From the NCBI GenBank assembly GCA_038087875.1, contig CM075996.1:4900001-4964000 (forward strand): a stretch of DNA of 64,000 nucleotides, given 5' to 3'. Shown here piece by piece: positions 11,951 to 24,727 of the stretch. The position numbers and the translations under genes are program-made. The first letter of the stretch is position 1. Each line of letters opens with the position of its first letter. The stretch is from Malacoraja senta. Its lineage: Eukaryota. Under the pieces are notes generated by a model. That model was not told the origin of the DNA. It did not search any database and worked only from the letters and a program-made list of their open reading frames with translations.

Positions 11951-14180
11951 TATTGAATTGAATATGAATTGAATATAACTTTAATTGTCATTCAGGTATA
12001 CACATAGACACAGTGCGCATTGAACGAAATTTCGTTGCATTAACTCTTCAAAGTAGCAGCAGAATATAACATTTATATCAGGCGATCAGTAAAAGTGCTT
12101 AGTGTGTCCATAAAAAAGTGCTTCATGTGCATAGTTAAAAAAGGAACGTTTTTTAAAGTGGCAATGAATAAGAAAGTTCTAGCATCGGTTTGATTGTGAG
12201 TTCAATAGTCTTATGGCCTGGGGGATGAAGCTGTTGCAGAACCTGGTTGTCCCGCTCTTCATGCTGCGGTACCTCCTCCCAGAGTTCAGCAGTGTAAACA
12301 GTCCATATTGTGGGTGTGCGGGGGCTCTGGTAATGCCCTTAGCTCTTGACAGACAGCGTTTGTAACCAATGTCCATGATGGAAGGAAGAGAAGTCCCAAT
12401 GATTTTTTCCGCTGTCCTCACCACTCTCTGAAGGCACTTCCAGTCCGCAGCTGTACAGCCGCCGCACCACATAGAGATGCAGCTGGTCATGACTGATTCA
12501 ATGGTGCTTCTGTAGAATGTGGTGAGGATGGGAGGGTGGAGGTGTGATCTTCTCATCCTGCGGAGGAAGTACAAACGCTGCTGTGCCCGTTTTACCAGAG
12601 ATGTGATGTTTGTAGTCCAAGTTAAGGTATCCGTTATATGCACTCCCAGGAACTTGATGCTTTTCACCTGCTCCACTGCTAAGTTGTTGATGCACAGCGG
12701 AATGTGACTGGGCTGATTTTTCTTTCTGAAGTCGACGACAATCTCCTTGGTTTTGTCCACATTTAGGAGAAGGTTGTTCCTGCTGCACCAGCTCACCAGC
12801 TGCTCCACCTCCTCTCTGTATGCCTGGTCGCCGTTGTTGCGGATGAGGCCCACTACTGTTGTGTCATCCGCGTATTTGATGATATGGTTAGTAGTGGACC
12901 TGGCGACACAGTCATGTGTCATCAATGTGAAGAGCAGCGAACTCAGGACACAGCCCTGAGGGGAGCCGGTGCTCAGTGTGATGACCGAGGAGGTGTTCTT
13001 CCCCACCCGCACAGACTGGGGTCTTTCAGAAAGGAAATCCAGGATCCAGTTGCATAGTGTGGTATTGAATCCTAGGGGTGCCAGTTTGCTCACCAGATGC
13101 TGGGGGATTGTCGTATTGAATGCTGAGCTGAAGTCAACAAACAGCATCCGCACGTTGGTGTTCTTCTCCTCCAGGTGTTGTAGGCTCAGGTGGACTGCAG
13201 AGGAGATAGCATCCTCTGTGGAGCGGTTCGGGCGATAAGCAAACTGGAACGGGTCAAAACTGGAGGGGAGTTTGGAAACCATGTGCTGCTTAATAAGCCT
13301 CTCAAAGCACTTCATTATTATTGGTGTGAGTGCTACGGGGCGGTAAGCATTCAGGCAGGTTATTGTGGACTTTTTGGGAACTGGTATGATGGTGGCTGTC
13401 TTGAAACATGATGGAACAATGGCCTGGTTCAGGGAGGTGTTAAAAATGTCTGTCAGAACCAGGGCCAGCTGGTCGGCACATCCCCTAAGCAGACACCCCG
13501 GTATGTTATCCGGTCCGGCTGCCTTTCGCTTGTCAATGCCCTCCAGGATTCTGCGGACTACAGCAGTTTCCAAAGACAGTGTCTGTTCTCCTGGTTGAGG
13601 CTCTAATTTCCTCACTATAGTGGTGTTCAGTGCCTCAAACCTGCCGAAATGATTATTGAGTTCATTGAGAAAGTCTGTGTCATCCTTACAAGACATCTGA
13701 GGGGCCTTGTAATTTGTTATGGCCCGGATGCCTTCCCACATGTTCCTGGTGTTGGTATCATCCTGGAAGAAACCCTGGATTTTCTGTCCGTGGGCGCGCT
13801 TTGCTTTCCTTATTTCACGGTTAAGGTTGGCTCTCGCTGTTCTCAGAGCCCCCAAATCACCAGATTTAAAAGCCGCATTCCGTGCTTTCAGCATGGCACG
13901 CACCTCTGCAGTAATCCAAGGTTTGTGGTTGGCCCGGGTTGTGATGTTCCTGATGACAGTGACGTCCTCCATGCACTTCTGTATGTATCCCGACACAGAC
14001 ATGGCATACTCATCCACATTGATGTTTTGATTGTAAGTGGCTGCTGTCCTGAACATGTCCCAGTCCGTGCACTCAAAGCAGTCCTGGAGTGCTTCTATAG
14101 CTCCCTCAGAACAGACTCTAACCTGCTTCACAGTGGGTTTCTCTCTGATCAGCAGGGGCTTATAGGCTGGGATGAGCATT
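11951..14180 (-). mobile_element. Rex1/Babar-type LINE, 5'-truncated, uninterrupted 666-aa RT ORF (12179..14179)
   Basis: RT motifs [38 protein letters not shown] and YREEV; ATTCA-type microsatellite tail near 11951-11975; antisense in XPNPEP3 intron 2. Confidence 0.92.
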
Positions 14181-14963
14181 ATTTTTAAGCTTATAATTGA
14201 ACTTTCGTCTTTAGGCTTGTTGAGGATGTGATTTTACAATGTAGGACTAAGTACCTTGAGGATGTCAGTGCCTTAGAACATGAGATGACAGGAAAAATAT
14301 TTAAATGCGTGATTATAGTCTTGGTGACATTATCTTTTAGTTTTACTGTTTGCCTTGAGTAGTCTTTTCCCAATTAGCGATAAGTTATGACGTTTTATTA
14401 CGGGTATTGGTTTAAAATACCATTGTTAGCCAAATTGTGGGGCTATAAGTATTTCTTTAGTTCTCAATCTCAGAGGATACATCTGCACCTTAGAATTGTC
14501 CACAATTCAATATTTAATAAGATAGAATAAACCTGTAGAGACCACATCAGTCTGAAGAAACGTCACCCATTCCTTCTCTCCAGAGATGCTGCCTGTCCCA
14601 CTGAGTTACTCCAGCATTTTGTGTCTACCTTCGATTTAAACCAGCATCTGCAGTTCTTTCTTACACGAGACCACAATCATGATTGACATTAGAAGATTCA
14701 AACTCACATTTTTTTAAATGAAAATAGAAAATTTATTTTAAAAGAGGAAGCACTTATTTTAGTACAATGTAGCATCTCTCATATTAGAGAGCTGCAGTGA
14801 AGGATGGTTTATAGAATTATGAAAAATGAAGTTGATCTTTTGACAAAACTGTCCGTATTGACATTTATGTTTTATAGAAGCTTGCTGTCATTCTGTGCTG
14901 AGTGCAGCAGCACATTGTGGTCAATTAAAGAGTGTTACTGGGGTGTTTTTGCTTCATTTACAG

Positions 14964-15371
14964 GTGAGGTCACTCCTGGGTTGACACAGATAGAATATGC
15001 ACTGCGTCGGCACAAACTGCTAAGCCTCGTCCAGAAAGAAGCTGAGACCCTAGGATCTTCTGACCACGCCATTATTCTGCTGTCCCACCCCACATACTAC
15101 ATGACGAATGACATCCCATTTTCATTCCACCAGAACACAAACTTCCTCTACCTCTGTGGCTTTCAAGAGCCAGACAGCATTCTGCTGCTCCACACTATCC
15201 CTGGAATGAGCCTGCCTTCCCATAAAGCCGTCCTTTTTGTGCCAAGGAGGAACGAAAACCGAGAGCTATGGGATGGCCCAAGATCTGGGGTAGATGGTGC
15301 TGTTGCCCTGACAGGAGTGGATGAGGCCTTTAATATGGCAGAATTCAGACAATATTTGCAACAGTTTAAAG
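14964..15371 (+). CDS. XPNPEP3: XPNPEP3 coding exon 3
   Basis: CAG|GT GAG...[25 protein letters not shown]...[18 protein letters not shown]...ELWDGPRSG; 408 nt. Confidence 0.95.
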
Positions 15372-16090
15372 GTTGGTAACATCTAACTTTCACAGACTTG
15401 GAGAGTAGTGCTGGAAGATAAATTGATGATTTCATGCACCAGCCACAGAAATTGATCAATGGAAAATGGAACTCTTCCACGTTTAGATATCTATTATGCT
15501 GCTGATGCCTAATGCAATCTAACATTGTTAATCTAGCTTTGTAAATTCATTTGTAGCACAGACGAAAGAGAACCTTTGCAAGGAGGTTTAGCTTAAAACC
15601 CACACCCTCCTACCTGACAGCAGATCAGAATAGCAGTGGGTTCCACTGATTTCCAGTTAACTCTGCAGTAAAGTATACAATGTTCCAGTATGGATTGAAA
15701 CCTGCAAACATTTGACCATCTGTCTTGGTATGGGGACGTAAAAAGGTGCAGCACAGAAGTAGGTGTTTCAGCTCATTGGATCTACATCGACCACTCATTT
15801 ACACTAATCTCATTTTTATGTCATTGTATAATTTGATGTCAAATTATGTTTGATAGGAATCAGTGGAAGGTCTAATATTTAATCATGTCATACAGCACTG
15901 GAGGAAACAATTGAGTCTATGGCAGCCCTTTGGTAGAGTAAATCCAGTTATTTCCATTGATTGACTTTCTTCATCTCTTTTCCTGCAGATTCTTCTTCCA
16001 AGTATTTATCCCAATTTTCTTGATGTGAATGCAAGTCACACTACTGACTGATGAATTTTGCCCACCTCCCCCTCTCCGTCTCTCATTTAG

Positions 16091-16293
16091 ATGAAGGGTG
16101 CACGCTGTGGTATGACAATGAGCCATCTGTCCACTCAGTGTTACATTCAGACTATCTGCAGCCCTTTGTAGATATCAAGACTAAGAGCAAGAATGTAGTC
16201 AAACCGGTGCGGGCTCTTGTCCAGAATCTGCGACTTATCAAGTCAGACACGGAGATTGAACTCATGAAGATGGCTGCAAAGATCACCTCAGAG
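16091..16293 (+). CDS. XPNPEP3: XPNPEP3 coding exon 4
   Basis: TAG|AT...GAG|GTAGGT; LWYDNEPSVHSVLHSDY...LRLIKSDTEIELMK; 203 nt. Confidence 0.95.
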
Positions 16294-17503
16294 GTAGGTT
16301 GAGTTGGAGACATTGACAGACTTGGATTGCAGTGATGGTATTTTTGTTAAAGGGAAAACAGTTTTTTTTCCTAAACCTAACAGTTCCCTCAAAAGGGGAG
16401 TCTGCAATTGAGAATCAGACGGTTAATAGGATAGGGAATTTGGGATATTCAGGAGAGCGAGGAAAGTGTGCAAATTATAATACAATAAATTGTGGTGCCA
16501 AATGGATGAGTTCATTTGAAGGAAAGCTAAATAAATACCTGGAAGGAAGTGAGAAATGGTGTTCATGCTAATGGGAAGCTCTTCTGGGTCATTAATGCCA
16601 GCAAAGATTAGTTGGCTGAATGGACTTATGCCATGCTTGAAATACTAGATAACAAAGCTGAAGGTAAGGCCTCCTGTATAGAATAGAAGCAAGAAACAGC
16701 AGATGCTGGGTTTACCTGAAAAAAGTTACAAAATGCAGGAGTAACTCAGCGGGTCAGGCAGCATCCTCGGCAAACATGAACAGGTGACATTTCCGGTTGT
16801 GACATTTATTCAGACTTCTGAAGAAGGGTCCTGACTGAAACGTCTCCTATCCATGTTCTCTAGGGATGCTGCCTGACCTGCTGAGTTACTCCAGGACTTT
16901 TTGCCTTTTTTGTCCTCCAGTATAGAGTGTTCTTCTTCACATTGTCTCAATCAATTGTGTAGTGCCACACTCCACAATTGTAACAACTCCACCTGTGATT
17001 CCCTCTCACCTGACTCTCAGTCTGAAGAAGGGTCTCGACCCGAATCGTCACCCATTCCTTTTATCCAGAGATGCTGCCTGTCCCACTGAGTTACCCCAGC
17101 ATTTTGTGACTATCTTCGGTGTAAACCAGCATTTGCAGTTCCTCCCTACACATTCACCTCAGCAACGATCTACTATGGACTTTGCTTCTAGTTGCACTAT
17201 ATATTTTGGTTTTGTACAGTTATGGTCAGAGATTAATTTATTGTATTATTGATTATGGTATATTTATTTGTGTTTTTGTTTTAATGGACCTGTAAAGCTG
17301 CAACGAGTAAGAATTTGATTGTTCCGTTCCCGTTACATATGACGATTAACCCCCTTGACACTCAAATAAATTCCAATCTTGATGTGTCTACCTAGCCCAG
17401 TGTCTCCCTGAGTAAATACTGTTGCCTGAGCATCAAGTTGTTTCACAAAGACTGCAGATAATTAAAGAACTAATACAAAGCTCTTTTTTTTTTTAATTTT
17501 CAG

Positions 17504-17566
17504 GCAATGAGCAGTACAATGTTTTCAACCACATCTCCAGTTAATGAATCCTATCTTTATGCAAAG
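17504..17566 (+). CDS. XPNPEP3: XPNPEP3 coding exon 5
   Basis: CAG|GCA...AAG|GTGAGG; AMSSTMFSTTSPVNESYLYAK; 63 nt. Confidence 0.93.
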
Positions 17567-17877
17567 GTGAGGAACAACATTTCAGACTGGATACTGTTTT
17601 GATCTGTAGCAGTCAAGTGTACATGGGTTGACTGTCAATGAGAATCGGTCATCAAAACATTTAATACAGTTCAGGCACCCATTTAGCAGACCCTAGCAGA
17701 TAGAGGTATCCAATTAATCATCTTTCTGCTGCTTTACATACCTGCACATGTTTTTGTGTGTCAAATATTTTTCCAGTGTTTAAGAAGGAACTGCAAATGC
17801 TGGAAAATCGAAGGTAGACAAAAATGCTGGAGAAACTCAGCGGGTGCAGCAGCATCTTTGGAGCGAAGGCAATAGGC

Positions 17878-17905
17878 AACGTTTCGGGTCGAAACCCTTC
17901 TTCAG
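17878..17905 (-). ncRNA. Minimal type-I hammerhead ribozyme motif (UUCG stem-II loop)
   Basis: Minus strand CTGAAGA-A-GGGT-TTCG-ACCC-GAAA-CG-TT; the element is flanked by the TSD TTTTTCCAGT (17768, 17915). Confidence 0.55.
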
Positions 17906-18429
17906 ACTGATTTTTTTTTCCAGTTTCCTTTTGAAAGTTACCATTTAATTTGATTCCATTTTCCATAAAATAACATCAATTTAAAACTTTAAAGTAATAA
18001 TAGGTTCTGATTATAGAAATAATAGGTACTGATTTCTGGTGACATCCTTGAGGTTAACTTTTGACTCCTGGCATTTTAAGATTTATTCTTAAATATAGCT
18101 ATTGATGTTAAGAGTTTTATCAGAAGTATTGGACACAATTCCAATCACACTGGAAGTAACCTGCATTCTTTTTAAGTCTCTGATATTCTTCAGTTATTAT
18201 CCATAAGCTCCTGTCCTGTTATGTCATATATGCACTTATGCATGCACTGTTTGAATTGGCATTGTGATTATTTTAATTGAGAGAATGCAATCCTATTCTC
18301 AATGAGATGTTTTATAGTTTGGATGCTAATGTGTACAGATAACGTATTGGGTTTCTGTATAAGGCAAATTAAATGCATTGAAGGACGTTATTTCTTTGCT
18401 TATGATTCCACAACGTTTCTACATTGCAG

Positions 18430-18543
18430 TTTGACTTTGAGTGCCGAGCTCGAGGAGCAGATCTCCTGGCCTATCCTCCCGTTGTAGCTGGTGGCAATCG
18501 TTGCAATACTCTGCACTATGTGAAAAATAACCAGCTGGTTCAG
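18430..18543 (+). CDS. XPNPEP3: XPNPEP3 coding exon 6
   Basis: [42 protein letters not shown] bounded; 114 nt. Confidence 0.95.
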
Positions 18544-20299
18544 GTAACGATGTAGCCCTTCCTTAGTAAATGTTGATAAAGAAGAGATTTCTGTGCACTT
18601 TCCACTGATTGATACCTCTGTGACTGTTCATCTGGCTCTTTGGATGGCAACCCTCATCAGCAGTCTGCTTGATGTATAACTCTGTCCTTTGAAGTGACTG
18701 GAATTTTCTCATGTATATTCATTTTGGTTTTCTGTAAATCCAAAAATCCCTTGATTTTTTGTTGATCTCTCATTATGTTCCCTGAAATCTCTCGTCACCT
18801 GTGCTTTTCATCTCCTAAATATCTTATGCGGCTTAGTGTGAAACTTTATTTGACAATGCTCCTGTGTAAGTGCCCAGGGACGTGTTATGAAGTTAAATAA
18901 AATTGTATTCTTTGTTATTGTGATCTGACTGGACATCATGTGCTTATCATAAAGCAGAGACAGAGTTGCCTACAAATGCTTCAATGTGCTCAGCTAAGAT
19001 CTGGAGGTGAAAGAGCTAGTTACAAGAGAATTAGCAAGAATGTGCTGGGATAAATATCCTGGCTTACTGTTTCTTATCTTCCTTGCATGACTTTCAATCC
19101 AACCTGAAATAAGTGAATTATAATTATCTACCCTCCGTTTCTGAAAACCCATCTTGTTAGATCTCTGAGAAAGAATATTTTATTTTTCATATTTTTATAC
19201 AACATAGGGAGGAATCACTTGGCCCTTCAAGTCTTTGCCAGCTCTCAGAGGATTCTCATCAGCTACACTCCCCATTCATTCCCCTGTAACATATTTCCAC
19301 TGGCGTCTGTCAACCTCCCCCGGTTCTCATGTCACCTACATACATTAGCGGGACATTACAGTAGTCAATTGATCTGCCAACCGACACATTCTTGGGCGGT
19401 GGGAGGAATTGGGAGCACCTGGAAGAGAGACACATGGCCACACAGAGTACACACAAACTTCACACTGATACCACCTGAGGTCAGAGACACACCTGGGTGA
19501 CTGAAGCTACGTAAGAGCACCATGCAACTGTTGTCCAACTGTGCCACCCATATAGTGCTAAGTCATACTGACCAGAGATGCCATAAATCTGTGTGTGATT
19601 TAGCTCCCCTCAGTTGCAATGGTAATATAATGCTGCATTTAATCTCTGTAGTTAGGAAACAATTAAATGCAGGTAGGATTCCTGCATTTCAGCAACCTTG
19701 TCACCATTTTGGGTGTAAACAATATCATTTACTTGAAGTTGCCCATCAAAGTAACCAATATTATTGTCACATCATGAAGATACTGGAAGATGTCAACCGG
19801 CCCTCTATATTTACCAGAATAAAGAGATGTTTGAAAGTAAAATGGAGTGTCCTGAAGTTACAGAGGGGAGGGTATTACTAGTTTCCCCATCTCTTGCTGC
19901 TAATAGAAATTCATCAAAGCAGGGCACATTTTCATAAGATGTGATCAACTAGCTAAAAACAGATGGTGAAAATCAAAAATTAAAACTGAAAATGTTGACC
20001 CTGCAACATCTCTGGAGAGAGAAACAGAGTTAAGGTTTCAAAACTAGTGGATTGAAATTACCTAGGTGTGGGCATCTTATCAGGACCAGGCTGTTCAGGA
20101 ATTATGTCAGAAGACATTTCTAAATCTACAGGGCGAGGAAATCTGCAACTCTCTTCCCAAAAATAGTTTTGAGGCTGGGGAGCAAATGTCAGCACTGAGA
20201 CTACTTGGTCATGTTGTACTGGGATATTCAGAGTGTTGGAGCCAGAGCAGAGAGGTGAAGCTTAGATACAAATCAGGGGCACGACAGCTTACTCTTCAT

Positions 20300-20600
20300 T
20301 CTCTGCTAACCTCCAGATTCAGGGACAGTTTCTTCCCAGCTGTTTTCAGGCAACTGAACCATCCTACCAACAACTAGCAAGCAGTCCTGAGCTACTATCT
20401 AGCCTATTGGAGACCCTCAGACTATCTTTAATTGGACTTTACTGGACTTTATCTTGCAGTAATCGTTATTCACGTTATTCCCTTTATCATGTATCTGTAC
20501 ATTGTGGATGGCTCAATTGTAACCATGTATTGTCTTTCCGCTGACAACAAAAGCTTTTCACTGTACCTCGGTACACGTGACAATGAACTAAACTAAACTA
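20300..20600 (+). mobile_element. Rex1-type LINE 3' end with (AACTA)n tail
   Basis: TSRFRDSFFPAV motif followed by a 3'UTR and tail; homologous to ~28400-28715. Confidence 0.7.
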
Positions 20601-20626
20601 ACCCATTTACTCCATTATTTCGCCAG

Positions 20627-20712
20627 GATGGGGAACTGGTTTTGTTGGATGGAGGGTGTGAATATTCTGGCTATGTCAGTGATGTCACTCGAACCTGGCC
20701 TGTTAATGGAAG
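20627..20712 (+). CDS. XPNPEP3: XPNPEP3 coding exon 7
   Basis: [28 protein letters not shown], containing the M24 peptidase metal-ligand Asp residues; 86 nt. Confidence 0.95.
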
Positions 20713-21909
20713 GTAAGACACAGAGTTTGAATTTGCTCCAGGCCCCGTTTGTTTCCCTTTCTTTCCGAAATGGTTAACTCCCACCAGGTATGTTTCAGTA
20801 AGCCCCACCGATCCTTGTTCTCCAAATAAATATATTGTACTGACCAAATGGACACAGTGCATGAAACAGTAGATCAAAGTCAAGGCTGCTGTGCACTTTG
20901 GAGGAGTGGGCGTTGGTTGTCCTTTTCAGCAGGAAAGTATTGAGTGACATGAAGCAAAATGATGAGAGCTGCAGAAGTACAAAATGAAGTGCTTCAAATG
21001 GCTCTCTACAAAACTCACATCAGTCCGTTTATTGTAGAATTTAAAAGCTCACAAAAATAGCAACTTTCATCATGGGACATGTCTTCTTCTTAAAAGCCAG
21101 CAGGTCAGCTCAGATCTCAAGCTTAAAACTGCTAAACACAGGCTGAAGCAAATCCTCCCACTTCATTTAAGTGTCAACTGATGGAAACTTGTGCTGAGCC
21201 AAATGAGGTATCGCCAACTCCCTCAAATTTCCCCTGCCTTAGAGTACGCATTTGATTAGGAATAATCGGTTGCCAGGATAAGGGTAAATAGACCTTTTCA
21301 ATTCAGTTAATTTAAATACATTTAATTGCACTGTGTATGTGCTTTATATATTTTTAAATTTATTAAAATACTTTTGATTTTGAAAGCTGGTGAATCTCAG
21401 TGACGTTTTGCCAGCTAATGAGCCTGGGATTGGGGGCTTCACCAGGTATCAAACAAGTGCTGGAAGTAGACCCAGCCACTTGGACTTGCAGAGACACAGT
21501 ACCATGCTGGGCATTACAATCAGTTATGAGCATGCCTTCCTGTGAAGTATTGAATTTAAGATCACTCTGGATGGTCCGAGGGTATGTGACCAGCAAGCTT
21601 GGAGGACTTGCCATTCGGTCCAACCTACATGGTGAGACTGCGGAATAGTCAAGGGGAAAATGGCATTGCTACATTATGAAGAAACGGAAAAATGTACGAT
21701 AGAGGAAGGAAGAGGAAAGGGTGCATGGGGGCTGGAGGAATTTCACATAGAGCATAAACACTGCTCAAGCCACTGTTCCTCTGTTGTGAATTTCTGCAAT
21801 TCTAATCCTAATAATTCCAATTCTAATTCTAATATGTCACACAAATGTCTGATGTTAGCCTTGCTCTTTCCTGCAAGAAAGTACTAAGTAGCTTATTGCT
21901 TTGCTGCAG

Positions 21910-22090
21910 ATTTACAACGCCTCAGTCTGAGCTGTATCAGGCCATTCTTGATGTTCAAAAGTCCTGCCTGAGTCTCTGCACTCCTGGGATAAGTCTGGAG
22001 AACATCTATGCTTTCATGTTGAATCATCTGGGACAGAAGCTGAAGGACGTGGGAGTTCTGCAGGATAAATGCCAGCATGATATTTACAAG
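21910..22090 (+). CDS. XPNPEP3: XPNPEP3 coding exon 8
   Basis: FTTPQSELYQAILDVQKSCL...HDIYK|GTTAGT; 181 nt. Confidence 0.95.
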
Positions 22091-23363
22091 GTTAGTTACA
22101 AAGCCAGACAAATAAAAATCTATAAGCTGAACTGACATGGCTACAATTGGGTTATCAAGCATTTGGAAGGCAAGCGGACTGGTTTAAAGATAAGAACCAA
22201 ACACTATTCCCTGTGAGTTTATGTGTAGCGAGATTACCATTTCATAGGTAGAGAAAAATGCCGGAGAAACTCAGCGGGTGAGGCAGCATCTATGGAGCGA
22301 AGGAATCGGTGATGTTTCGGGTCGAGACCCTTCTTCAGACTTCTTACCATTTCATAATTCTTCAAACCTTTTTTTTAACCTTCTCTGCACATGGCACAAA
22401 CCAAACCCAGTTGTATTAGTACTTCGAAGAATAGTGGGGCATTTTAGCCCCAAGGACACTGCATCCTTGTGCCAAATCAACTTGAAGCCATGTACTTCCT
22501 GTCCGGGCTGAAATCCTTATTAATCTGAAGAGTCCTGACCCGAAACCTCACCTATCCCATTTCTCAGAGATGCTGCCTGACCTGCTGAGTTACCCCTGCA
22601 CTTTGTGTCTTTCTTTGGTATAAACCAGTATCTGCACTTCTTTGTTTCTACATCACAGGATATTGGTTTGGAGAAGGAACTACTGGTGAATTCTCCATTA
22701 GAAATTACAGGACATTCCAGGTGATTTTCTCAGGAAGATGGCAGTGCAGTTAGCTTGCTCCAAAGTGATGTACAGAGCAGTCACCAGCAGAAACACAAAA
22801 CAAATTGATTATTGTTGAGAGTCTAAAATTAGAAACAAATTCCAATTGTTTACTGTTTTAATTTTTAATCCTTAACATTTATATATTTTCTTGTATATAC
22901 AGTACTCTGGAGAATGTTCACAGGAACAGGCAATGAGGCCTAACTAGTCCTTGACAGCCCTCTCATTCCCCCCTTCCTGTAAACTAATTGAAAATTGCTC
23001 AACTTGTTGATATCCTCTATTCTACTGTTTTTTAGTGCCCCAGTTTGCTAATTCTGGGAGCATAAAAATATAGTACGGCGAGGCCATTCAGCCCTCCATG
23101 CCTATGGCCATGGCTGATCTTCCATCTCAATGCAACTTATTGTGCTCTCCATGTCCCATATCACGTGTGTCTAGAAATCTATCTGTCATTGTTCTGACCT
23201 TCCCAGCCTTCTATGTTCACTATTGTCTGAGTGAAGGAATTTCTCCCCATCTCAGTATGTGCATACTTGTGTGCACACACTTCTACTTTTATGTCATTAA
23301 GTGAGTTGTCTTTTTGTATATTTTTTAAAACCAAACTTAATGCAATTTGACATAATGGTCATT

Positions 23364-23690
23364 GAGTCAGCACAGTAGGGCAGCGGTAGAGTTGCTGCCT
23401 CACAGCGCCAGAGGCCCGGGTTCGATCCTGACTGCGGATGCTGTCTGTACGGAATTTGTACATTCTCCCTGTGACCACGTGGGTTTTCTCCGGATGCTCT
23501 GGTTTCCCGCCCACATTCTAAAGACGTACAGGTTTCTGGGTTAATTGGCTTCAGTAAAAACTGTAAATAGTTCCAGTGTGTAGGATAATGTTAGTGTATG
23601 GGGTGATTGATGGTCAGACTCTGTGGGACAAAGGACCTGTTAACGTGCTGTATCTCCAAAGTAAACTGAAGTAAAGTAATCAAAGTAACT
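23364..23690 (+). mobile_element. HE1-like V-SINE (tRNA-derived head, V-domain)
   Basis: A/B boxes (GGTTCGATCC), V-domain GTGGGTTTTCTCCGGATGCTCTGGTTTCC and a short-repeat tail. Other copies at ~2050(+), 19210, 34590, 45310, 49670, 50500, 57020 and 62090(-). Confidence 0.8.
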
Positions 23691-23709
23691 TGGTGTCCTG
23701 ATTCTCTAG

Positions 23710-23830
23710 ACTGTTCGCAGGTACTGCCCGCACCATGTAGGACATTACCTGGGGATGGATGTCCATGACACACCAGATATCTCACGATCTATAGCCCTGC
23801 AGCCTGGCATGGTGGTGACCATCGAACCTG
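23710..23830 (+). CDS. XPNPEP3: XPNPEP3 coding exon 9
   Basis: [40 protein letters not shown], the catalytic His/Glu motif; 121 nt. Confidence 0.96.
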
Positions 23831-24727
23831 GTAAGAAAGCAGAGGATAATAATACTGAAATTTAACTCGCACAAGCTCATTAATTTCAAGGAAGTTTTGC
23901 AAACTGTCTTGAGCTGATTTTTAGCCGAGATTCAGATAGTCAGATTATAGATGGTTAAATCCTCGTTCACATTCTTTTACAGCAAATACATCTATTTGTC
24001 CATCTTGTCCATCACTCTTATCTGCTGGACTATTTCTCAAACACGGCCCACAGAGCCTGTTTTTAAAATGTATGACGTCCACAAACCATAGAGTGTCTAC
24101 AGTAAACAGCAGAGCGTGATTAAGAATCTGCTCCCCATTACTCTGGTGTTCTAATCGGATCAATATCATACTCAGTAGCACACAAAAATAGTGGTATGAA
24201 AAGCACACCAGGTTCCTGGAGACTCTGCCCTCCAATGTGGCCTCCTCTATACTCGAGAAACAGATTGGACGATTGCTTTGGGGAGCACGTGCACTCAGCC
24301 CACAGGAGTGACCCTGGGCTTCCGGTTGCCTGGCATTTTAATTCACCACCCACTCCCACTCTGACCTCTCTGCATGTTGCCTTCTACCCTGTTATGAGGC
24401 CAAACAAAAGCTGGAGGAACAACGCCACATTTTCCTTCTGGGCATAATACAAGACTCAATATTCAATACCCTAACTTCAGATAACCTGTTCTTTCTTTCT
24501 ATTTGTATCAGGACTGGCCATTTGCACCTTCCATTCCTCTTCCCCCTTCACTTTTCTTTTTGCATTTATGTAGCGTGTCCTCACATCTCAATCAGCCAGA
24601 CTATACAACATCAACCTGACTTCTCAACATTAGCAACACATTACACAGACAAAGGAGCTTAACTTTCAGTTTAAACTTGAAACGTCACCTATTCATGTAC
24701 TCCAGAGATTTTGCCTGACCCATTGAG

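Noticed and set aside
23364..23440. tRNA-like sequence with A/B boxes
   Set aside because: Head of a V-SINE; no complete cloverleaf.
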